DNA of 43,951 nucleotides, taken from Oligoflexia bacterium (GTDB lineage Bacteria > Bdellovibrionota > Bdellovibrionia > JABDDW01). Of this stretch, positions 36,656-43,951 are shown piece by piece. Each line of letters begins with the position of its first letter. The first letter of the stretch is position 1. A program made the translations under genes and the position numbers. Location of the stretch: NCBI GenBank assembly GCA_043732305.1, contig JAYTHU010000025.1, forward strand, positions 1 to 43,951, written 5' to 3'. The notes under the pieces are model-generated. The model did not search any database, was not told the DNA's origin, and saw only the letters and a program-made list of their open reading frames with translations.

Positions 36656-37782
36656 GGAATAAATGATGCCTTTGCGGCATCCTCGTTTATTTTTCTAAGT
36701 TCTTCCAAACCAAAACCATAACGTGCATAACTCAGAACATACTCGTGAATGAGATCAATATTTTGCAGATGTCCGTCATCTGTATTGAGTGAAATAGAAA
36801 TTCCATTGTCATAAAATTCCCGAATAGGATGACTCTCTAAATTTGGCACGGCTCGGGATAGCCAATTAGAGGTCGGCGCAAGCTCTAGGTGGATGCCTCG
36901 CTCTTTAATCAAAGCCTGAAGGTCTTTATCCCCCGCAGCTTGAATACCGTGACCAATTCTTTCGGGATACCACCTTAAAATGGTTTCATAAATGTAGGCA
37001 GCGGAAGAGTCTTCGCCTGAATGCACGGTCAATCTCAGACCGGATTGTCTTGCAAGATCGACGTAGAGATCATATTCAGAAAGCGTTGTGCCTTCTTCTG
37101 CGCCTGCTAAATCAAACCCCACTATTTTTTCAGACCCCGGAGATTTTTCACTAACGAAATTAAAAAGGTCAATGCTCGCTTTTTTATTGAGGTCTGAAAA
37201 TATTCGGGCATCGCCCGCGCTTGCATGCAAGCGAACCAAAATAGAAATCAAGCCTACTTTCATGTCAGGATATTTCCGTGAACCTTCAACAGCTCCATCC
37301 ACGACGGCTCTAAAAATCTGGTTATGGGAAAGTTTCGGGTGTGCAATTGACATGAAGGCGGGAGCAAAGCGCAGTTCTAAAATTTTCACTCCCTGCGCGT
37401 GAGCATCTTCGATGTTTTCTAACGTGACTCGTTTGATGGCATCATAAGAAGACAAAACTTTCTGAACCACTGAAAATCGATCCAAAAATCGACTTAGACC
37501 TTCGACGCGATTATTACCTTCAGGCTTACGAATGACGGCCTGCCTAAAAGCGTGCGGTCCCAAGTCAATTCCATTCTCTCGAGCTAAATCTAGAATTGTC
37601 GAGTAACGGACGTTGCCTTCCAAATGCACATGAAGATGAACTTTTGGAATTTCAATGAGTAATTTTTCAAGAGGCTTATTGCAACTAATGAGTGGTGTTT
37701 GTTTTTTGAGATTTGGCAAATCAGCGTGAGTATAAGAATGAATTAAAAAAATCCCCAAAACTCCTATTACATTTTTTATCAT
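36649..37782 (-). CDS. Adenosine/adenine deaminase-family enzyme with an N-terminal signal peptide
   Basis: PKVHLHVHLEG, ELRFAP, GFDLAGAE, TVHSGE, RIGHG, PTSN and SLNTDD. The N-terminus is MIKNVIGVLGIFLIHSYTHA. Confidence 0.92.
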   Translation of the reverse strand: MIKNVIGVLGIFLIHSYTHADLPNLKKQTPLISCNKPLEKLLIEIPKVHLHVHLEGNVRYSTILDLARENGIDLGPHAFRQAVIRKPEGNNRVEGLSRFLDRFSVVQKVLSSYDAIKRVTLENIEDAHAQGVKILELRFAPAFMSIAHPKLSHNQIFRAVVDGAVEGSRKYPDMKVGLISILVRLHASAGDARIFSDLNKKASIDLFNFVSEKSPGSEKIVGFDLAGAEEGTTLSEYDLYVDLARQSGLRLTVHSGEDSSAAYIYETILRWYPERIGHGIQAAGDKDLQALIKERGIHLELAPTSNWLSRAVPNLESHPIREFYDNGISISLNTDDGHLQNIDLIHEYVLSYARYGFGLEELRKINEDAAKASFIPQ

Positions 37783-37805
37783 TTTTTTCCCCTGTTGAGA
37801 AACGT

Positions 37806-39731
37806 CTACTCTCTTTTCCAGGAATTTGCAATTTCTTGATTGATCAGTTTAGCCACATCTTGGCTCACATTGTCCGACATATGATCAGTGTAGCTATAAT
37901 TGGACAATGCTCCATGCATCACCGAGCAATCCTTTGAACTACAAAATAGATTTATGGGATCGATGATCGTCATCTCAGGAATTGCTAGTTTCAAATCCCT
38001 CACTAATTGCCGGTAGCTCTTGGTGACTTCAAAATATTTGGCGCGGGCCACGTGACATTCGTCATTTGCTTGTCCCATGAAAGTAAACGGGCGAGAAATG
38101 CAAAACTGTGGGAATTCGGTGATGGCGGGCTCGTCTATCAAAAAAGCTATATGACGGTGCTTTGCACTTACCGCTTTAATAAATTTAGTTAATCCCTCTC
38201 TCACGATGGTTTCAGAAAGTGTGGTGATATCCCGCTCCCCGTTCAAGAGAGTCGCACTCGGTCGATTCAACTCTCTTGAGGCGATAGCAATTAAAACTGT
38301 ATGAAGTTGTGGATTTTTATCTAATGTTTCCATCACTTTTTGCGTGAAGCCTTCACAGACCGGATCGGAGTTATCGACGTCTAGTAACGGCGGACAATTG
38401 GCGCGCCCAATAAGTGTCCATGATTTCAAAGCAGATCCTTCACGAACGAGGCCTGCAAATAACGCCCCGGCATGACTATCCCCAATGACCACTGAATTTG
38501 GTGAGAAGCGCTTGTCCGTGAAACACCACGTGGCCTGCTTTGCAATTTCGCCGGTCAAAGGGCAAGTCTCTTGAATTTTTTCATCGACCCCATGCCAATG
38601 AGCGAAAATTTGAGAATCTGGATTGGGATGAGCCGGAAGCCCACTCCATTTTGCCCAGCCGGCAAAAGCAAAGTTGGTGACAATAAGTACCCAGGTGACC
38701 AAACCCCAACTTTTAGTTTTGAATCGAATGGGACGTTCAAGAACATAGTAAGAAAAGATCGCGAGCGCAAAAGCTAAACCGAGAGCAACGATTTTTAAAC
38801 TTAAATCTGGATGAAGTGATTCCGCCATTCGCAAAAAATAAAGTGTCGGCCAATGCCAAAGATAAAGTGGGTAGCTGATCAACCCCACAAACACGAGGGG
38901 CCTTAAGGATAAAATTATTTTATTGAGTAGAGCACGCGGTCCAGCCAAAATTAAAAGCGCTGCCCCCAAAGTGGGCAAAATGGCGCGCCATCCAGGGTAG
39001 GGCTGAGTTTTATCCACAAAAGCCATCGTGACTAAGATCAAACCCAAGCCGGCGAAGGAAACGATCGAACACGCCTTCGGAGATTTGATATCGAGCCTGT
39101 CTTTAAACAGCACTAGCATCCCGCCCAAACCAAGTTCCCACAATCTAGAGGTGATGTAGAAAAACACGTGTGCCGGCGCACGATGCAGAAAGAACACGCT
39201 ATATAAAAGCGAAAGCACGCAAAGAATCACAACGATTTTCTTTTTTGCAGGCAATAAAAAACTGCTCAGTATGATTGGCCAGAAAATATAAAATTGCTCT
39301 TCAACAGCAAGTGACCACAAATGCAAATTGGGTTGAAGCTCGCTTGTAAAATCAAAGTACCCGCTATGATGTCGCAGAAAAACATTCGACCAAAACAAAG
39401 CTCCGTAAAAAACACTGTCCGCGTAATTTGCGGCTTCGCTATTGAATAAAATAAAATGAGCGGCCACGGCTCCAACCAAAAACATCAGAAGCAAGCTGGG
39501 CAGTATCCGCCGAATGCGCCGAGAATAAAATTCTGCCAAGTTCCATCGACCAGCAGTGACGGCATCTTGAATAATACCCGTAATCAAAAAGCCGGAGATA
39601 ACAAAAAAGATGTCCACGCCGATGAACCCGCCCGGCGCAAGTGCTGGGAAAAAATGGTAGAGCACAACGCCCAGAACGGCGACGGCTCTCAGGCCGTCAA
39701 TATCTGCACGGTACTTGAGATTAGATGTCAT
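37806..39731 (-). CDS. Acyltransferase-3/SGNH fusion O-acyltransferase (OafA/OatA-like)
   Basis: RADIDGLRAVAV, GVDIFFVISGFLI, RRIRRI.P, HLWSLAVEEQFY and ISYPLYLWHWP; SGNH block GDSHA. Confidence 0.93.
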   Translation of the reverse strand: MTSNLKYRADIDGLRAVAVLGVVLYHFFPALAPGGFIGVDIFFVISGFLITGIIQDAVTAGRWNLAEFYSRRIRRILPSLLLMFLVGAVAAHFILFNSEAANYADSVFYGALFWSNVFLRHHSGYFDFTSELQPNLHLWSLAVEEQFYIFWPIILSSFLLPAKKKIVVILCVLSLLYSVFFLHRAPAHVFFYITSRLWELGLGGMLVLFKDRLDIKSPKACSIVSFAGLGLILVTMAFVDKTQPYPGWRAILPTLGAALLILAGPRALLNKIILSLRPLVFVGLISYPLYLWHWPTLYFLRMAESLHPDLSLKIVALGLAFALAIFSYYVLERPIRFKTKSWGLVTWVLIVTNFAFAGWAKWSGLPAHPNPDSQIFAHWHGVDEKIQETCPLTGEIAKQATWCFTDKRFSPNSVVIGDSHAGALFAGLVREGSALKSWTLIGRANCPPLLDVDNSDPVCEGFTQKVMETLDKNPQLHTVLIAIASRELNRPSATLLNGERDITTLSETIVREGLTKFIKAVSAKHRHIAFLIDEPAITEFPQFCISRPFTFMGQANDECHVARAKYFEVTKSYRQLVRDLKLAIPEMTIIDPINLFCSSKDCSVMHGALSNYSYTDHMSDNVSQDVAKLINQEIANSWKRE

Positions 39732-39740
39732 ATTCGGATA

Positions 39741-39769
39741 AAATTAGCAGTGAAAGGGACCAAGAGCAA
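39741..39769 (-). promoter_or_regulatory. sigma70-type promoter, near-leaderless
   Basis: TTGCTC, 17 nt, TAATTT with TGn; 9 nt to the ATG at 39731; no SD. Confidence 0.45.
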
Positions 39770-40065
39770 TCAAAGTATAAACCAGACAGATCCCTGCAGA
39801 ATATAGTGTCGCGTACCTTGTGGTTTCGTGAAGAATGTCAGCAACGCAAATTTAATTGCGCAAGCATTCCTGAAAGCAGAACTCCTTCGGTTCCTTCTTT
39901 GTATGCAGTTGCGTTGAATTGGTACTTATTGAAAACTGTGAATATCTCAAAATAGATTTCACGGAGTCCCTTCTTTGCGTCCGTCAACTCCCTGGCACTG
40001 AATAAACTTGCCCCGCGTCCTCTCGCACGTTTCAAATTAACTAAGTGTTGAGCTATGAACCTAAG

Positions 40066-40218
40066 TCAAGATTCATGAGTTCCGCTATTGGCCTGCTCTG
40101 TTATGGCGATCTCGTCACGCTTGATCATAGTCCTAATAGCGGTAAGAAAAATGAAGATGTAACCTAACATCAAACAGAAAACTCCAAAGCCTACAAAAAA
40201 TATGTATTTATCACTCAT
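40066..40218 (-). CDS. Small single-TM membrane protein (50 aa)
   Basis: ATGA overlap with the upstream small gene; one hydrophobic helix. Confidence 0.6.
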   Translation of the reverse strand: MSDKYIFFVGFGVFCLMLGYIFIFLTAIRTMIKRDEIAITEQANSGTHES

Positions 40219-40397
40219 GATTTCATACTCCCCAGAACGACACGAAAATAGACGCCGAGAGAGATGATTGATGGCACCCATAAACCTACAAAAAGACCTT
40301 GTTCTTTATTTGAGCAAAACCAAAGGTAAATTGAAAACAAAAAAGATATTCCGGCCGCGGCCATCACAAGGTAATCTGCCAAAATAATATTTTTCAT
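40215..40397 (-). CDS. Small two-TM membrane protein (60 aa)
   Basis: Helical hairpin SIYLWF...KEQGLFVGLWVPSI. The start is uncertain (40397 or 40439). Confidence 0.7.
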   Translation of the reverse strand: MKNIILADYLVMAAAGISFLFSIYLWFCSNKEQGLFVGLWVPSIISLGVYFRVVLGSMKS

Positions 40398-40487
40398 GAT
40401 CGATTTTTTTTCCGTGGAAGTTGAATTGGGTAAACTCATGATTTGACGCCTCGTTATTAAATGGTTATTTACAAATGTTTTACATCG

Positions 40488-40501
40488 GTGATTAATTTCA
40501 C
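40488..40501. promoter_or_regulatory. CRP/FNR-family-like palindrome
   Basis: GTGA-TTAATT-TCAC, upstream of the small membrane-protein pair. Confidence 0.3.
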
Positions 40502-40780
40502 TAAATCAAACTCAAAAAGTATAACCGCAATTATTCATTTATCCTAGGTAACTTCGGAGAGAAACATCAATTGAAACTAGAAATGTTGAATTCTGCAACG
40601 TAAAATTAAAATCATCTCAGCAAACCATATCAGACTTAATGTAAAAATTTACCAATTGCTCGAGACTCTTCGCCGAGGACTCATAACATTACTTTTGCCT
40701 TCATTCGGAAATAGCAAGCGTCCAATACTAGCTCGCAATGGCACAAACAAATGCCGTTTTTCCTTACTTTTTCAAATGCA

Positions 40781-42625
40781 TCAATATTTATTTAGTAAAG
40801 TGCCAAGTTCTTTCCCGAGCAGCTGCCGGCAACTGCCAGCCGAACCGCTCTCGAGTGCCGCTTTCCTCCAAGAAGCTAGTGATTCGTGTTCACGTTTTAG
40901 GGCGGCTCGAAGATCTTTAAGTGTTTTTTCAGGAAACTGAGGATCAGACTTTGCTTGATTTATTAGTCGGTCTAAAGTTTCAGTTCCGGCTCTGAAAGCG
41001 GCAAGCTCAAATTTGATTTGATCACTTTCCACAAATTTATCTGAATAACGGTGCTGAGGACTCAACAATATTTTACTTCTTTCGCTGAAGCTGCGCACGT
41101 TGCCATAGATTTCATGTCCAAGCGCAGCTAGCATACGAACAAAAGCATCCGGGCGTTCGACCCATTTTCCTTTGTCTGTTTCAAATGCGATTTTATCCCA
41201 AAGCAGACGCACAACAAAAGGGCCTTTTGGATGATCTGCTAGGACCATCGTGTAGGCATCTGCAGTCGAATTAAGAATTGCTCCTTGAGCACGATGGGTG
41301 ACAATATCTTTTTTTGCCGCGACAGAATCAGTGACTTCAATTATGAAATCGAAGGGACCTTTCGAGCTTGCCTCAGCAGAGAATTTAGCGGGCGCGGCCG
41401 CTACGATGACGTTAAGTGCGTGATTCAGTAATTCAAGACTATCCGTATCGAGTTTACCCGAGGACACTGCAAATTTTAGCTTTCTTTCCTTTATGAAGTC
41501 AGCAGTCACTACATTATTCACGTTTTTGGGAGGTTCATATCCCAAAAGAATGACACCTTCGTTGTTGGGTATATCTATATTTTTCCAGCCAGGTAAGCGT
41601 GGGACAGGAAGCTCAACTTCCACATTGGAACGTGGAAGAATGCTTTTCTGATCGTTTTTTACCACGGTGTAACTTCGGTTAGACGAATATCCGGTGGGCT
41701 TTATTTCCAGAAAAAAGTTAGCCACAATGGGGTCAATCATCAATTTCTTTCCGAACGAGTCCATAGGTTTGGCTGTAAGAATTCGCGGAGGGCGACCGGT
41801 TTTGAGCGGATCCATAAGATAATTTCCGCTGGGAAGGACAATTCCATCCGTAAGACTTCCCGTGCCATTTACGTGGTGACCGCGTACATATTTTGCGAAA
41901 ACAGATTCTACTAGCTGAGGTGCTTGGCTATCTCGATATTTAGAAATATATTTGATCTCGATCATCGGAAATATCTCAGGATCAATAATCATCAACGCAT
42001 CCATATTATCATTTATATCGGTGGACTTGACATTCAAAGGGATAAAGGCCTGATTAAAACCAGGATAGTCCTGAAGAAATTCAAATAAGGTTCCTCGCAT
42101 CGAAGTGCCCCCGAAATGTTCTTCGGTTACAATATCTCTCGTCGAACTACCTCTTTGATAAGTCGCTCGAGTTTCTCGCTCGCCAAAGACGTCTGCCCAA
42201 CTGTAGTTCTCTTTTTTAGTCCCCTGATATGGCGATGGGCCCTCTTCCATGTTTTGATGGTAAGGATTAAAATCTGGATGACTCTCGAGCCAGTTTTCTA
42301 AAGTCAGCCTAGCAGAGATAACTTTTCGAGTGATTTCGTTAGCGCGTTCTCGATCAAGGCCAGAATACTTCGGAAAGTCCATGTATAGATCAGGATGAAA
42401 TTTTCTAAATAATTTTTGAGCAACTTCTTTCACCATTTTTTTTGTTAGTACGCTATTTTCTTTTGCAAGTATCGGATCTTTATCTAAACCCAATATTACC
42501 GCCGCATTAGTGCTTTTGAATTGTTCCGGCACCTCAAGGCCTGCAAATGCCTGGCCTGAGGCATTCATTATAACTATGACAAAAGATAAAACCAAAAAGC
42601 CGGTATGTTTCAGGAGATTTCGCAT
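40781..42625 (-). CDS. Exported protein with an N-terminal J-domain-like region (HPD) and a degenerate zincin-like C-terminal motif
   Basis: Signal peptide ending in AFA; AAVILGL...VKEVAQKLFRKFHPD...ANEITRKVISARLTL; C-terminal LGHEIYGNV...ELAAF. Confidence 0.8.
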   Translation of the reverse strand: MRNLLKHTGFLVLSFVIVIMNASGQAFAGLEVPEQFKSTNAAVILGLDKDPILAKENSVLTKKMVKEVAQKLFRKFHPDLYMDFPKYSGLDRERANEITRKVISARLTLENWLESHPDFNPYHQNMEEGPSPYQGTKKENYSWADVFGERETRATYQRGSSTRDIVTEEHFGGTSMRGTLFEFLQDYPGFNQAFIPLNVKSTDINDNMDALMIIDPEIFPMIEIKYISKYRDSQAPQLVESVFAKYVRGHHVNGTGSLTDGIVLPSGNYLMDPLKTGRPPRILTAKPMDSFGKKLMIDPIVANFFLEIKPTGYSSNRSYTVVKNDQKSILPRSNVEVELPVPRLPGWKNIDIPNNEGVILLGYEPPKNVNNVVTADFIKERKLKFAVSSGKLDTDSLELLNHALNVIVAAAPAKFSAEASSKGPFDFIIEVTDSVAAKKDIVTHRAQGAILNSTADAYTMVLADHPKGPFVVRLLWDKIAFETDKGKWVERPDAFVRMLAALGHEIYGNVRSFSERSKILLSPQHRYSDKFVESDQIKFELAAFRAGTETLDRLINQAKSDPQFPEKTLKDLRAALKREHESLASWRKAALESGSAGSCRQLLGKELGTLLNKY

Positions 42626-42656
42626 TCATCCACTTCCCTTCAGAACCTTACAATAA

Positions 42657-42673
42657 AGCAAGTCTAGTGCCAA
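42657..42673 (-). promoter_or_regulatory. sigma54 (-24/-12) promoter
   Basis: TTGGCACTAGACTTGCT is near-consensus and lies 31 nt upstream of the ATG at 42625. Confidence 0.8.
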
Positions 42674-42871
42674 AATAGCAAAGAGGAGATCCACACAACA
42701 GTTCCCGGCCAGTAGTAGAGGTGATGACTAGATTTTCGGTAAAAGAGGAGCCTTTGCCGGTTTGAGGTATCTTGCATAAAGATTGGCCAAGAGACCCATT
42801 TTTGCGGCCTCAATCGGAGCTGATTTACGGCTCCTTGATTAGTGTTTGCTACCCAGCTCGATACAGCGATC

Positions 42872-43459
42872 TTAACGCTGGCTTTCGATTACGCATTGAA
42901 ATTGATAAACATCATTTGATCTAGCGTTCTTTTGTTTTCGCGTCAGCATAAAAGTATTATCCGATTTAGCTTTAATATCGAGAGAATCACTTTGATTCAT
43001 ATTTTTCGTATGAAACAACCCACCTTCAGTTCGCTCCATTAATAATTCGTCTTTAGAATCAATGACCGTTCCTGAAATTAACCAGTTTGTTATGGAAGGA
43101 CCAAAAGCTGTGTAAGAATCTGGAGTCTTTTCAAGCGGTCTAGCCGGAACTACAAATTTAGTACCTGTAAAGTAGCCATAGTCAGTCTTATTTATATAGA
43201 TTTCTTTTTCTTCAAGATCTTCTTTTGAAGTCACTTCTGTGGCGTTGATCAGAACCCCAATACTTTGATTTTCTAAGCTAAACAGATCTTGATTAACATA
43301 ACCCATGCCAGGTGTACTAAGGCGATTATATGAAGCGCCGACAACAACTTTACTACCACAACCCTTGTCGCCGCTAACCACGGAATAAACACCATTCAGA
43401 TGTGCAGCCTTAGCGGCGCCAGTCGCCACTAAAAGCAGAATAGATATAAAACTCTTCAT
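42872..43459 (-). CDS. Exported hypothetical protein (beta-rich, two Cys)
   Basis: SD GGAGAG; signal peptide ending in AKA. Confidence 0.75.
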   Translation of the reverse strand: MKSFISILLLVATGAAKAAHLNGVYSVVSGDKGCGSKVVVGASYNRLSTPGMGYVNQDLFSLENQSIGVLINATEVTSKEDLEEKEIYINKTDYGYFTGTKFVVPARPLEKTPDSYTAFGPSITNWLISGTVIDSKDELLMERTEGGLFHTKNMNQSDSLDIKAKSDNTFMLTRKQKNARSNDVYQFQCVIESQR

Positions 43460-43568
43460 TTACTCTCCATATAAGCTCAAAATTTTTGAGATGCCGCTTC
43501 TAATTTTGTGGGAACAATACATGGATCTACTTTGAATTGCAAATTCCACCTCAACGTAGATCGAAAAA

Positions 43569-43847
43569 CTAATTTAAAATAACAGCTTCTGTGTGTGTAC
43601 CTCCAGGGTTCGGGACACCTTTCGCTACAACGACGACTTTATTCCCTAGAGAACAAGCCTTTACGATGGCACCCTGTGACTTAAAGTTCTCCATAATGCT
43701 TAAGACGGAATCCGCCGGGTTAGCGTTTCTCACGATATGAACTTCCATGTCACATAGAAAAATATGCCCATAGGAATGCGTGTCCACGAATGCAAAAGCA
43801 CCCATAGAAATAAAAAACAAACCCAAACCCGCGATAATTTTTGTCAT
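43569..43847 (-). CDS. Small exported hypothetical protein (two Cys)
   Basis: SD GGAGAG; signal peptide ending in AFA. Confidence 0.7.
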   Translation of the reverse strand: MTKIIAGLGLFFISMGAFAFVDTHSYGHIFLCDMEVHIVRNANPADSVLSIMENFKSQGAIVKACSLGNKVVVVAKGVPNPGGTHTEAVILN

Positions 43848-43951
43848 AGACTCTCCATTGTTTATTAAAAACCAGATACCGTTGCAAAGGACCTTGCCCC
43901 ACGTTTAGTTGGAATTGGTTGAGTGGCGGTTTCTTTCTTACGCAACTTGAT

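Noticed and set aside
39838..40035. 65-aa minus-strand ORF
   Set aside because: TTG start with no SD and no motif. It may be a gene remnant, but I cannot support that.
43883..43900. sigma54-like GGGGCAAGGTCCTTTGCA upstream of the last gene
   Set aside because: The spacing between GGC and TTGC is one base too long, and sigma54 spacing is strict.

Overview
This is a bacterial chromosomal window whose gene content and gene order suggest Bdellovibrionota (inference). Bases 1-115 are the right end of a probable ISAs1-family IS that has split a repeat-protein gene, leaving a remnant at 116-966. Core blocks: (i) spoIID-like-queA-tgt-yajC-secD-secF-recJ-hyp-queC-DUF366 on the minus strand; (ii) carD-gltX-cysS-uvrB-uvrC; (iii) recG head-to-head with an HD-GYP phosphodiesterase; (iv) START-like-glpX-Zn ribbon-RatA-like-hyp head-to-head with pgsA. 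Secreted S41 (CPAF-like) and S8 proteases lie between these blocks. From about 32.9 kb there is an accessory region with three HTH regulators, an AT3-SGNH O-acyltransferase and several signal-peptide proteins, including an adenosine deaminase and a J-domain protein. The best candidate for an undescribed system is four unrelated exported proteins, two of them behind sigma54 promoters, that share a terminal C-x3-[LI]-[EG]-x(1-2)-[LI] motif; this may be a tag for a second export step into prey or host cells. Other highlights are an RxxN (cGAMP-type) HD-GYP, a catalytically degenerate UDG-fold protein with a HolD/psi-like N-terminus, recurring leaderless and bidirectional promoters, and a probable ATA start codon. 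I saw no rRNA, tRNA or CRISPR array. All calls come from reading motifs by eye; no database searches were run.
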